Source of the DNA: Spirochaetaceae bacterium
GTDB lineage: Bacteria > Spirochaetota > Spirochaetia > DSM-2461
DNA: 64,000 nucleotides
NCBI GenBank assembly: GCA_051531975.1
Contig: JAOPTT010000005.1
Location: 192,001 to 256,000 of the forward strand
Direction: 5' to 3'
Notes under the pieces: generated by a model
Told to the model about the DNA's origin: nothing
The model's database searches: none
The model's input: only the letters and a program-made list of their open reading frames with translations
Part shown: piece by piece, positions 1-9,930 of the stretch
How positions within the stretch are numbered: position 1 is the stretch's first letter
Layout: each line of letters starts with the position of its first letter
Made by a program: the position numbers and the translations under genes

Positions 1-2
1 CA

Positions 3-398
3 CAAAATCAGTATAACAAGATCAAGTTTGTATTACAGACTACTTTTAATGCGAGTATTTATATGGAAGGTTATGTCTTAGCCGCCCTTTGTGAAATGGG
101 TTTTTACAAAGATGCATACCTGAGATTAAGATCCCGATATTATAATCTTGCTGTTAATGAAAATAGCACTCTGTGGGAAGATTTTTATGTGCTCGGTACA
201 AAAAATCACGCATGGAGTGGGTCTCCGGCTACAATTGCCTTTAAGTATTTTATGGGTATAGATACTACCGATGGATTCAACACATTTACAGCTAACCCGG
301 TTCCGGATCTATTTGAGTACCAGAAAATTAAGTTTATGTTATCTGGTGGGGAATTAATTACACTGGAGTACAAAAATAATAAATTGATACAATCTTAA
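3..398 (+). CDS. 3' end of an alpha-L-rhamnosidase-like (GH78-related six-hairpin) glycosidase; starts upstream of the window
   Basis: Frame is open from base 3 (QNQYNKIKFVLQTTFNASIYMEGYVL...). Contains STLWE and NHAW motifs typical of GH78-like C-terminal regions. Confidence 0.7.
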   Translation, partial: QNQYNKIKFVLQTTFNASIYMEGYVLAALCEMGFYKDAYLRLRSRYYNLAVNENSTLWEDFYVLGTKNHAWSGSPATIAFKYFMGIDTTDGFNTFTANPVPDLFEYQKIKFMLSGGELITLEYKNNKLIQS

Positions 399-560
399 GT
401 GAGGGAATAAAATATACAGATAAAAATCTAAATGGTATTCTTAATGCATGACGGAATTATCCTATTAATTGACGGTATTATTAAGGTTGATAACAGATTA
501 CAGGTTGATAATGGATTTTATATTGTTGACTAGATTGAGTCCTGAAACCTAGATCCTTTG

Positions 561-695
561 GGTTCAAAACATTTACAGCTAATCCGGTACCCGATCTATC
601 TGAGTACCAGTAAATTAGGTTTATGTTATCTGGTGGGGAATTAATTACATTAAGTACACAAATAACAAACTTATACAATCTTAGGTGAGGGAATA
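561..695 (+). repeat. Degenerate copy of the last ~42 codons and 3' flank of the GH78-like gene
   Basis: Aligns to ~273-408 and ~9118-9253, with an internal TAA and a 1-nt deletion. Its GAGGG lies just upstream of the ATG at 702. Confidence 0.9.
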
Positions 696-701
696 TTTTT
701 C

Positions 702-1985
702 ATGAACAATAAAAATTATGATGTCATTGTAATAGGTGGTGGAACAGCAGGAGTGATTGCCGCTATTCAGGCAGGAAGAGCCGGAGCTAATACACTTATT
801 GTTGAGAAAACTGGTATCTTTGGCGGTACCATTACAAATGGTGGTGTTAACTTTCCTGGGCTTTTTCATGCATGGGGAAAACAGATCATTGGTGGTATAG
901 GCTGGGAATTGGTAGAACGAACTGTAAAAGAGTCAGGAGAAACTCTACCTGACTTTTCCAATTATCAGGGCCATCACTCTAAACTTCAAATTCCCATTAA
1001 CAAATTTGTCTATGGGGCTTTAGCCGATGAACTGATTGTTGATGCAGGAGTTGATGTTCTATTTCACTCTATGCCTAGCAGCATAAACAAGGATAAGAGC
1101 ACAAGAGGGTGGAATGTTAACCTCTGTACCAAGAGTGGTGTTCTGGATCTTACAGCGACTATACTTATAGATACCACAGGAGATGCAAATGTTGTAACCC
1201 TTGGGGGATTTCCCACTAATGTTCCAGAAGAGACACAACCAGCTACATTGTCCTGTCTGGCAAGTGGTTATAATCTATCTGATCTGGATATAGAAACTAT
1301 AAACCGGAATTTTGATAGGGAAGTAAAAGCCGGACGTCTATCTTATACAGATGTCTCGTGGAATACGACCGCACCGGATATTGGTGTGTGGCTCCATAAC
1401 AAAGGTGCCAATAGCAATCACATTCACCACATTAATGCTTATAACAGTCAAAACAGAACGGAGCTGGAGCTTGAATCCCGAAAAGCTCTGTTTCGTCTTT
1501 ATAGATTCCTTCGTACACAACCTGGATTGGAAAATCTAGTAATTGATCAGGTCTCTCACGAATGTGGTGTTAGGGAGACAAAAACAATTATTGGAAAATC
1601 CACTATAACTGTCCAGGATTACCAAACGGCTAGAATATGGAATGATGCTGTTTGTTATGCTTTTTATCCTATTGATCTTCATAGCTCTTCAGGAGAAGGA
1701 CTGGACATGAGAGAACTTGGGGAAGGAAAGGTTCCATCAGTTCCTAGAGGGGCACTGCTACCGGAAGGCAGTAAAAATCTTCTGACAGCAGGGCGCTGTA
1801 TATCAAGCGATCGTCTTGCAAACTCCGCCTTACGTGTCCAAGCTACTTGTATGGCAACAGCTCAAGCGGCAGGAGCTATGGCGGCGCTGAGTGTACAGAC
1901 AGGTATGGAGTTGGAAGAACTTCCAATAAAAGAAATTCACACATTATTATATGAACATGGGGCAATTGTACCTGAAATAGGATAA
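702..1985 (+). CDS. FAD-dependent oxidoreductase (FAD_oxidored family)
   Basis: VIVIGGGTAG dinucleotide-binding motif; IDTTGDA, GVRET and AGRCISSD...ALRVQATCM motifs. Confidence 0.85.
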   Translation: MNNKNYDVIVIGGGTAGVIAAIQAGRAGANTLIVEKTGIFGGTITNGGVNFPGLFHAWGKQIIGGIGWELVERTVKESGETLPDFSNYQGHHSKLQIPINKFVYGALADELIVDAGVDVLFHSMPSSINKDKSTRGWNVNLCTKSGVLDLTATILIDTTGDANVVTLGGFPTNVPEETQPATLSCLASGYNLSDLDIETINRNFDREVKAGRLSYTDVSWNTTAPDIGVWLHNKGANSNHIHHINAYNSQNRTELELESRKALFRLYRFLRTQPGLENLVIDQVSHECGVRETKTIIGKSTITVQDYQTARIWNDAVCYAFYPIDLHSSSGEGLDMRELGEGKVPSVPRGALLPEGSKNLLTAGRCISSDRLANSALRVQATCMATAQAAGAMAALSVQTGMELEELPIKEIHTLLYEHGAIVPEIG

Positions 1986-1998
1986 AAAAGAGATAACA

Positions 1999-3357
1999 AT
2001 GAAAAAACCAAATATTATTTATATATATACAGATCAGCAGAGTGCTTCGATGATGAGTTGTGCCGGAAATAATTTTTTAAAAACACCGGCAATGGACTAT
2101 CTGGCAGCTGGTGGTACTAGGTTTACCAGAGCTTATTCTCCAAACCCTGTCTGCGCACCAGCCCGGGTTAGTATGATGACTGGCCAGTTTCCTGGAGTCT
2201 TTAATGACAGTTCCGGGAATCAGGTGAGGGAGAATGACGGTGCCATGAGTATAGCTGGTATACCTTCTAATATTATGGAAAATACACTTGGCTCAATTAT
2301 GGGGAAGTCTGGGTACGATCTTTATTACGGTGGGAAAGAACATCTTCCTGTTGAATTAAAACCTGAAAATCAGGGTTTTACAAAGTTTACCTCTGATGAA
2401 AGAGATAATTTAGCAGATAAAGCAGCAGATATAATTTCTAATAGAAGTGATAATCCTTATTGTATGATCGTTTCACTAATCAACCCACACGATATCTGTT
2501 ATATGGCTATCAGGGACTTTGGCGGTCCTGAAGAGAAACGGACTATTTTAGAGGGAGCAAATGTGGAGCTTGATACTCTGGATAAAGCCCTTAAGGTTCC
2601 AAGTGGAATCTCTGAAGAAGAATTTTTTAACAGTCTTTGTCCACCAATTCCTAATAATTTCGAACCACAGGAAAATGAACCGTTAGCTATTAAATCACTT
2701 ATTGAAAGCCGTCCCTTTCGTAAAAATGCAAGAGATAAATATTCAAAAAAAGAGTGGCGGATGCACCGCTGGGCTTATTGCCGTCTAACAGAAATGGTTG
2801 ACACCCAAATAGAGATTATTCTTAATGCTGTGAAATCAAGTGGCAGTGAAGAAGATACAATAATCATTTTTTCAAGTGATCATGGTGATAATGACAGTTC
2901 TCATAAACTTGAGCATAAAACAGTGCTCTATGAGGAATCGGTCAATATTCCTTTTACGGTTATGTGGAAGGGACATATCCCAGCTGGGAATGTGGATTCG
3001 ACACATTTAATTTCTAACGGTTTGGATATTGTACCTACTATCTGTGATTATGCCGGAATAGAAGTAAAAGCTGATCCTAGAGGCGCAAGTCTGCGTCCTC
3101 TACTGGAAAACAGTGATCAAAATGAAACAGTAAAATGGCGAAGTACCCTTGGAGTTGAAAGTGAGATTGGTCGTATGGTTATACGGTCCGATGGTTTAAA
3201 ATATATCAGATATGATAGCCAGGGGATGGAAGAACAACTGTTGGATTTAAAGGTTGATCCTGGAGAAACAAAAGATTTTTTCACACAATCTACATATCAA
3301 ATTAAGTTAAATGAAATGCGTCAGAGTTTTGAAAATGATTGGTTTACAGGATTCTGA
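1999..3357 (+). CDS. Cys-type sulfatase (S1 family)
   Basis: KPNIIYIYTDQ, CAPAR (CxPxR), SSDHG, LYEES. Confidence 0.92.
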   Translation: MKKPNIIYIYTDQQSASMMSCAGNNFLKTPAMDYLAAGGTRFTRAYSPNPVCAPARVSMMTGQFPGVFNDSSGNQVRENDGAMSIAGIPSNIMENTLGSIMGKSGYDLYYGGKEHLPVELKPENQGFTKFTSDERDNLADKAADIISNRSDNPYCMIVSLINPHDICYMAIRDFGGPEEKRTILEGANVELDTLDKALKVPSGISEEEFFNSLCPPIPNNFEPQENEPLAIKSLIESRPFRKNARDKYSKKEWRMHRWAYCRLTEMVDTQIEIILNAVKSSGSEEDTIIIFSSDHGDNDSSHKLEHKTVLYEESVNIPFTVMWKGHIPAGNVDSTHLISNGLDIVPTICDYAGIEVKADPRGASLRPLLENSDQNETVKWRSTLGVESEIGRMVIRSDGLKYIRYDSQGMEEQLLDLKVDPGETKDFFTQSTYQIKLNEMRQSFENDWFTGF

Positions 3358-3399
3358 AATGAATTATAAAATACGCTGTAATGATTATAGGACAAAACA

Positions 3400-4263
3400 A
3401 TGAAAAAAAACTTAAAAGTGGAGAATGAAGTTATCTCTGTAAATGTGGACCTCACACGGGGAGGAGCCATAAACGCTATTATTTTAAAAGACCGTTGGAA
3501 CAATAGGAGCATCGTTAATATTGCGGATGAAGGCCGGTATATTCAGCAGTCCTATTATAGTGGGAATAACTTGGACAGAACGGCTGAAGGACAATCAAAA
3601 GATTGGAGTCCCTGGTCGTGGAATCCTATCCAGGTAGGTGATTCCTATGGCAATCGGGCAGAAATTCTGGAATATACAAGTAAAAAAAACAGTATCTATG
3701 TAAAGTGTATACCTATGCTTTGGGATATGAAAAATGAACTGGCTGAAGCTGTAATGGAGCAGTGGATGGAAATAGATAAAAATATAATAAAAGTTACTTC
3801 CCGTCTTACATCCAACAGAAGCGATGTCATTTATGGGGAAGGTATAATAAAAGCTCAGGAATTACCTGCCGTATATCCAGTTTCAGCACTGAATCGACTG
3901 GTTTCCTACAGGGGAAGTAAGCCTTTTAGTGGAGATTTGCTGGAGGAGTTGGAGGTAATTAAACTTTCCAGCGGATTCTGGGGCTGTTACACAGAAGAAA
4001 TTACAGAGAATTGGATGGCTTTTGTTGATGACCAGAATTACGGTATCGCTGTTTATAACCGGGCTACCTCTAGTTTTCTAGCCGGTATGGCGGGAAAACC
4101 GGGAGAATGGTGTGATGGCAGCTCCACCTCTTATATCTCTCCGGTAAAGAAGGAGATTATAAATAAGGATACAGTCTATGAGTACAATTATTATCTGATA
4201 GTCGGTGAACTGGATAAAATACGTAAAGATATCTATGAAATAGAAAAGGTATTGAAAGAGTAG
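3400..4263 (+). CDS. Hypothetical protein, Trp/aromatic-rich, possibly carbohydrate-active
   Basis: 287-aa ORF inside a sugar operon; no family recognised with confidence. Confidence 0.7.
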   Translation: MKKNLKVENEVISVNVDLTRGGAINAIILKDRWNNRSIVNIADEGRYIQQSYYSGNNLDRTAEGQSKDWSPWSWNPIQVGDSYGNRAEILEYTSKKNSIYVKCIPMLWDMKNELAEAVMEQWMEIDKNIIKVTSRLTSNRSDVIYGEGIIKAQELPAVYPVSALNRLVSYRGSKPFSGDLLEELEVIKLSSGFWGCYTEEITENWMAFVDDQNYGIAVYNRATSSFLAGMAGKPGEWCDGSSTSYISPVKKEIINKDTVYEYNYYLIVGELDKIRKDIYEIEKVLKE

Positions 4264-4265
4264 TC

Positions 4266-5591
4266 ATGAAAAAATTAAACAGCCGGATCAGAAAGAGCCG
4301 GGATTATGAATTCAATACTAACCAATTAAACCTGATATTAAATGGTATTTTATCTTCAGGGTATAACATCTTAATTTTTGGAGTATTTCTTACGGGGTAC
4401 GCTCTGTGGCTAGGGGCAACTGATGCCCAGGCTGGAATGATAATGTCCATAATCTACATGGCTAACATTTTACAACTGTTACTAGTTAGGTTGTGGCAAA
4501 CAGTTAAACGTGAAAAATCCACTATCATCTTTTTTGTTCTTTTTTCAAGGCTCATATTAATTGGTATTATCGGTATTCCCTTTATGAACCTGACATCTTA
4601 CCGGTTCACTTTGCCACTATTTGGGCAGATGAATGGAAGTGTTTTCCTGTTTTACTGTATCTTTATTGTAGGGATGTTTTTTGGTTCCTCGTCGGGAGTA
4701 AAGCTTAATCTGTGGATGATGAGCCATCTTCCAAGACATATGCGGGGGAATTTTTTCACTGTAAGAAATCGTAGTGCCATGATAGTGACTCTTATTTTTT
4801 CACTAGCAGCGGGACAGTTTCTCGATTATATGAACAAAGCAGGTTACCAATACAGGGGATTTCTGATTATTTTTATTACTGCGGCAATTTTTGCAATAAT
4901 CGACTCATTTACTCTTGGAAAAATTGATTTTTTTGAAGAGGGAATTATTACAAAAAGGGATAAAAAGAGCAGCTTATCGATATTAAAACCCTTTAAAGAT
5001 ATTCACTTTTTAAATGTTCTAATCTATCAAATAATATGGACTATGGGGATCAATATATCTATACCTTTTTTAACTGTCTATATGATAAAGCAGTTAGGGA
5101 TAAGTTATTCCAATATTACAATATTATCTGTTCTTCAGGTACTGTTCAGTGCCTTTTTAATCAAACAGTGGGGTCTTCTTGCCAATAGACACCGATGGGT
5201 GACAATACTTAATATATCCCTCCTTTTATTTGTATTCCAATTGATTATCTGGCTTATAATAATCCCTTCCTCCAGTTATCTACTACCTGTGGTTTTTATA
5301 CTTGCCGGCATATTTGGTCCTGCATATAACATGTCCACATTTAATCTACCCTACAGCCATCTGAAGAAAAAGGATGAGACTGTTTATATGAGTGTAAATA
5401 CCACTATTATCTCTGCAGCAGGGATGGTTGGTATTTTTATCGGTGGTAAGTTATTGGAGTATGAAGGAAATTTTATATCAATTACCGATCATTATATGGA
5501 AAAAAATATAATAATTACTGTAGTTTTGCTTCTCATCGCTATTGTGTTTAGTTTTTTACGTATGGAAAAGAGAGAGAGAAATGAGAGTTAA
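4266..5591 (+). CDS. MFS transporter
   Basis: About 12 hydrophobic segments; RGNFFTVRN and WGLLANRHR loop motifs. Confidence 0.85.
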   Translation: MKKLNSRIRKSRDYEFNTNQLNLILNGILSSGYNILIFGVFLTGYALWLGATDAQAGMIMSIIYMANILQLLLVRLWQTVKREKSTIIFFVLFSRLILIGIIGIPFMNLTSYRFTLPLFGQMNGSVFLFYCIFIVGMFFGSSSGVKLNLWMMSHLPRHMRGNFFTVRNRSAMIVTLIFSLAAGQFLDYMNKAGYQYRGFLIIFITAAIFAIIDSFTLGKIDFFEEGIITKRDKKSSLSILKPFKDIHFLNVLIYQIIWTMGINISIPFLTVYMIKQLGISYSNITILSVLQVLFSAFLIKQWGLLANRHRWVTILNISLLLFVFQLIIWLIIIPSSSYLLPVVFILAGIFGPAYNMSTFNLPYSHLKKKDETVYMSVNTTIISAAGMVGIFIGGKLLEYEGNFISITDHYMEKNIIITVVLLLIAIVFSFLRMEKRERNES

Positions 5592-5604
5592 AAGGATATG
5601 ACAA

Positions 5605-6708
5605 ATGAAAAAATATGATGTAGCAGCCTATGTATGGCCCGCTTATACTGGGGATGAACCAAGAACTAGAATGTTTTGGCCCGAAGGTATGGGAGAATGG
5701 CAGAGTGTTAAAAATTCTGTAAAAAAATATCCAGGACATAATTGGCCAAGGAAACCTCTCTGGGGTTATGTCAACGAGGCCGATCCATATGTTATGGAGT
5801 CCCAGATAAGCGCTGCCTCAGATCATGGTGTCAATGTTTTTATCTATGACTGGTACTGGTATGACAAACGGCCTTTTCTTGAGAACTGTCTGAATGACGG
5901 TTATCTTAAGGCTAAAAACAATGATAAGGTCAAATTCTACCTAATGTGGGCGAACCATCATGTTCTAAATCTTTGGGATATAAACCTATCCCATGATCAG
6001 GAAACTGTTATATGGGACGCTAGGGTGGATAGAAGTGAATTCGAAAGAATTTGTAATAGACTAATCGATAAGTACTTTCACCACCCCTCGTATTATACAA
6101 TAGAGGGTAAACCGGTGTTCAGCCTGTACGATATTCAGAATCTTATAGATGGGCTGGGAGGAGTGGATGAGACAGTCCGTGCCCTTAAATGGTTCAAAGA
6201 ACAGACTATAAAATCCGGATTACCAGGCCTGCACATACAGCTGACAAAATGGGGAATCAATCAACTGAATTTAAGTGGACTGGACGAAGGTAAAAGGGCT
6301 ATCCCAAATGAAATGGTTAATAACCTTGGATTCGATAGCATGACTCACTATCAGTATGTGCATTTTACCGATATTGATAGGGATTATAGTGAAATTATGT
6401 CGGATGTGGAGAAAGAGTGGTCGCAAGTTGATAAAGAATATGATACTCCTTATTACCCACATGTTTCCGTTGGATGGGATAATAATCCCCGTTTCAAAGA
6501 TTTCAAACCAGGCGTCGTAAAAAACAATACTCCAGGGGAGATCAAAAAAGCTCTAATAAAAGCTAAAGAATATATAGATGCCCATCCTGAACAGGCTCCA
6601 CTTGTTACAATTAATAGCTGGAACGAATGGACTGAAACAAGTTATCTTCAACCTGATGATATCTATGGTTACGGATATCTGGAGGCGGTGAAAGATGTCT
6701 TCTGTTAA
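5605..6708 (+). CDS. GH99-like / WbsX-family glycoside hydrolase, copy 1
   Basis: KPLWGY, FIYDWYWY, LMWANH, GWDNNPR, NSWNEWTE motifs. Confidence 0.85.
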   Translation: MKKYDVAAYVWPAYTGDEPRTRMFWPEGMGEWQSVKNSVKKYPGHNWPRKPLWGYVNEADPYVMESQISAASDHGVNVFIYDWYWYDKRPFLENCLNDGYLKAKNNDKVKFYLMWANHHVLNLWDINLSHDQETVIWDARVDRSEFERICNRLIDKYFHHPSYYTIEGKPVFSLYDIQNLIDGLGGVDETVRALKWFKEQTIKSGLPGLHIQLTKWGINQLNLSGLDEGKRAIPNEMVNNLGFDSMTHYQYVHFTDIDRDYSEIMSDVEKEWSQVDKEYDTPYYPHVSVGWDNNPRFKDFKPGVVKNNTPGEIKKALIKAKEYIDAHPEQAPLVTINSWNEWTETSYLQPDDIYGYGYLEAVKDVFC

Positions 6709-8074
6709 TAAACCAAATATCATCTATATTTTTGCAGATCAGATGCGGGGGCATGCGACCGGATATGCAGGAGATCCTAATGTTCAAACACCATATTTAG
6801 ATAAACTATCAAAAGAGAGTCTGAATTTTGTAAACGCAACTTCGACCTGTCCAATCTGTACTCCTTATAGGGCATCACTTTTAACAGGTCAATATCCGTT
6901 AACCCATGGATTGTTTATGAATGATCTATGTCTACCTGATAATGGCCACTCATTAGGTCAGGAGCTAAAGTCTGCTGATTATAATACTGGATGGATCGGG
7001 AAATGGCACCTTGATGGCCATGGTCGAAATGGCTATATTCCCAGGGAACGAAGACAGGGATTTGATTATTGGAAAGTCCTTGAGTGTACCCACGATTATA
7101 ATAATTCTCAGTATTACCAGGGAGATAATAAAGAACCGGTTTTGTGGGAAAAATATGATGCTTTTTGTCAGACAGAAGATGCTGTGGACTATATCACGTC
7201 TCACCAGGACAAACCCTTTGCACTATTTGTCTCTTTTGGAACTCCACATGATCCTTATGATACAGCTCCGGTCGATCTTAAGGCTTTATATCCGGCTGAT
7301 AAGTTGATTTTAAGAGAGAATGTTTATAAACATCGCCAACCGCAGGCCTGTGAGCAGTTATCCGGATATTATGCCCATATTACTGCCATAGACAGATGTG
7401 TAGAGAAAATTGATGAAGCTCTGGAACAAACCGGTCAGAAAGAGAATACAATTTTTATTTTTACAGCTGATCATGGTGATCTACTGGAATCCCATAACCA
7501 ATCTGGTGACAATGAAAGAGGACCAAGGAAACAAATGCCTTACGATGAATCGGTAATTGTACCTTTTTTGCTGAGATATCCCGGGAAATATACAAATAGT
7601 AAAACCATAAATCTGACCCTGGGAACACCTGATATTATGCCGACCCTGCTTTCAATGGCAGATCTGGGAATACCAGAAACTGTAGAAGGTAATGATCTTA
7701 CTAAGTTGATAAAAAAGGAAATTCAGTCTGAGCATATTAAAAAAGAAGATAGTGGAGTGCTCATTGTCAACTATCACCCTTTCGCTGACTGGCGGAGGGA
7801 ACTCGGAGGAAGAGCATATCGAGGTATTCGTACAGAGAGATATACTTTCGTCCGGGATCAAAATGGACCCTGGCTCCTGTTTGATAACCGGAATGATCCA
7901 TACCAGTTGGAAAATATTGTGAATAAACAGGCTTTTAAACAAGTTCAAGAAAAACTAGACTCACAGCTGAAAGAGCTTTTAAAATGTCAGAATGATGAAT
8001 TTGAAACTCCAGAGGAATTGAGAAAACGGTGGAATTATAAAGTTAATGAATTTGATGAAATACCTTATAAATAA
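6695..8074 (+). CDS. Cys-type sulfatase (S1 family)
   Basis: KPNIIYIFADQ, CTPYR, GKWHL, TADHG; overlaps the upstream gene. Confidence 0.92.
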   Translation: MSSVNKPNIIYIFADQMRGHATGYAGDPNVQTPYLDKLSKESLNFVNATSTCPICTPYRASLLTGQYPLTHGLFMNDLCLPDNGHSLGQELKSADYNTGWIGKWHLDGHGRNGYIPRERRQGFDYWKVLECTHDYNNSQYYQGDNKEPVLWEKYDAFCQTEDAVDYITSHQDKPFALFVSFGTPHDPYDTAPVDLKALYPADKLILRENVYKHRQPQACEQLSGYYAHITAIDRCVEKIDEALEQTGQKENTIFIFTADHGDLLESHNQSGDNERGPRKQMPYDESVIVPFLLRYPGKYTNSKTINLTLGTPDIMPTLLSMADLGIPETVEGNDLTKLIKKEIQSEHIKKEDSGVLIVNYHPFADWRRELGGRAYRGIRTERYTFVRDQNGPWLLFDNRNDPYQLENIVNKQAFKQVQEKLDSQLKELLKCQNDEFETPEELRKRWNYKVNEFDEIPYK

Positions 8075-8143
8075 ATTACAGGATATATTTTAGGAAATGT
8101 CCTCCTTATTAATTGGATAATCCCGTTTAGTGATTATTAATAT

Positions 8144-8172
8144 TTGATAAGTAATCTAAATAACAGTATAAT
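8144..8172 (+). promoter_or_regulatory. Sigma70-type promoter of the DUF4160/DUF2442 pair
   Basis: TTGATA-N17-TATAAT, then AGGAG before the ATG at 8190. Confidence 0.65.
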
Positions 8173-8189
8173 GAATTACAGGAGTGTTT

Positions 8190-8438
8190 ATGCCAGTAAT
8201 AACAAGATTTTACGGAATACTCATCAAGATGTATTTTAATGATCACCTACCACCACATTTTCATGCAATATATAATGAATATAACGGGATATTTGATTTA
8301 AAAACACTTGATTTATTAGAAGGGGATCTTCCCAATAAAGCAATTAAATTAATAAAAGAGTGGGCACAAAATTATCAAACAGAATTAGAACGTATGTGGG
8401 AAACAAAAGAATTTATAAAATTACCAGGGTTAGAATAA
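8190..8438 (+). CDS. DUF4160-family protein (putative type II TA component)
   Basis: MPVITRFYGILIKMYFNDHLPPHFHAIY signature. ATG at 8190 preferred over GTG at 8184 from RBS spacing. Confidence 0.85.
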   Translation: MPVITRFYGILIKMYFNDHLPPHFHAIYNEYNGIFDLKTLDLLEGDLPNKAIKLIKEWAQNYQTELERMWETKEFIKLPGLE

Positions 8439-8686
8439 TGAATATTCCAAAAATAATTAATGTATATCCAAAAGAACATCTTATTTTATCTATTATTTTT
8501 TCAGATGGTGTTACTAGAGAATATGATTGTTCAAAAATCATAAATAGAAATGATCATTACGAAAAATTAAAAGACGATAATTTTTTTAAAAATGTACACA
8601 TTGATGTCGGTGGACATGGAATAAGCTGGGATGATTATGTGGATATTAGTGAATATGAAATATTAGAAAATTCAATAAATAGGTAA
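8438..8686 (+). CDS. DUF2442-family protein (partner of DUF4160)
   Basis: TAATG coupling to the upstream gene; L.IIFSDG...FFKNVHIDVGGHGISWDDYVDI pattern. Confidence 0.8.
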   Translation: MNIPKIINVYPKEHLILSIIFSDGVTREYDCSKIINRNDHYEKLKDDNFFKNVHIDVGGHGISWDDYVDISEYEILENSINR

Positions 8687-8744
8687 GACCTAATACAGAC
8701 TCTAGGTATCGATATAAGATCCATCGGCGTTATCCTGCGTAATG

Positions 8745-9243
8745 AATACAGCGAGTTTTTCGGGGCATGGATCAGATATCTAAAACTCTGGAATATGGAT
8801 AGGGACAGTCTAATTACCCACCGAAATTCGCCTTAAGAATGTTAGAGATTCTGTGTGAAAAAAAGTATGACCACTTTCTGGAATCGAGGATAAAATCAAT
8901 AGAGCTCAATTTTAATAGACTCTTCTGGAAAGATAATTCTTACAGTTCAGAAGGCGTTGTTGACGACAGAGCCAATGCCCTGACGGTTCTTGTGGGGCTA
9001 TGTCCACAAAAGCAGTATAATAAGATTAAGTTTGTGCTTGGTACAAAAAACCACGCCTGGAATGGATCTCCGGCTACAATTGCCTTTAAATATTTTATGG
9101 GTATAGATACTACCGACGGATTCAAAACATTTACAGCTAATCCGGTACCCGATCTTTTTGAGTACCAGAAAATTAGGTTTATGTTATCTGGTGGGGAACA
9201 AATTACATTAGAATATAAAAATAACAAATTGGTACAATCTTAA
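8745..9243 (+). pseudogene. Internally deleted copy of the GH78-like gene
   Basis: Fragments YLKLWNMD, DDRANAL and KIKFVL|GTKNHAW. 53 codons, including TLWE, are missing relative to 3-398. The 5' boundary is approximate. Confidence 0.85.
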
Positions 9244-9518
9244 GTGAGAGAATAAAATATGCAGATAAAAATATCGGGATACAATACGAACCAGATGAAC
9301 CTTATATAAATGGTATTCTTCATGCATGACGGAATTATCCTATTAATTGACGGTATTATTAAGGTTGATAACAGATTTCAGGTTGATAATGGATTAAATA
9401 TTATTGACTAGATAGAGTCGTGGGACCCTGATCCTTGAATTATAAAGTTCATGATTTTGATGAAGTACAGTATAAATAAATTACAGGATATTTTTTAGGA
9501 AATATCCACCTTATTAAT
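9244..9518 (+). repeat. Composite repeat: copy of the 399-558 spacer fused to a copy of the sulfatase 3' end and flank
   Basis: 9244-9436 aligns to 399-558 with one indel; 9437-9518 aligns without gaps to 8032-8113. Confidence 0.9.
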
Positions 9519-9556
9519 GTTTGATAAAATTAACTTAATGTGAGGATTTAAATATT

Positions 9557-9930
9557 ATGCAAAATAGATTGGACAAAGAAAATAATAACCCCGATGCACA
9601 CAATCTGCATTTAAACGAGCAGTTTGTCCTCATGTTTTGGGCTCCGGCCCGGTATGATAAAAAGGGACAACTTCTCCCGCTGTTTACATACGAGCATGGG
9701 CTACTATGATGTTGGAACTTGCACGAGCCACCGGGGAGGACTCCTATCGGCAGCGGGCTATTCAATCCATGAACCTGGTAACCTATTGCCTGCAGCCAGA
9801 TGGACGAATCCTCACAGGTATTGATTTTAAACATGAGAGAACCGAATGTTCATTCAACCAATTCTGGTTCAGCCTTCATTTTTGCTCTGCATACTTTATG
9901 ATGGAGTTTTTAAAAAACTATGAAAATTGA
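9557..9930 (+). pseudogene. Collapsed remnant of a probable alpha/alpha-barrel glycosidase-like gene
   Basis: GAGGA then ATG at 9557 and a short ORF that stops. A second frame without its own RBS reads LELARATGEDSYRQRAIQSMNLVTY and overlaps the next gene. Confidence 0.5.

Noticed and set aside
481..678. Minus-strand ORFs 481-678 and 8940-9227 resembling each other
   Set aside because: They are antisense shadows of the repeated GH78 tail.
273..695. Diversity-generating retroelement TR/VR pair at the GH78 3' end
   Set aside because: Mismatches are not adenine-specific (many C/T and third-position changes) and no reverse transcriptase is in the window.
8687..8700. attC after DUF2442 (ACCTAAT) and after vapC (ACTTAAT)
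   Set aside because: Only mismatched R''-like heptamers with no pairing arms; expected by chance in AT-rich DNA.
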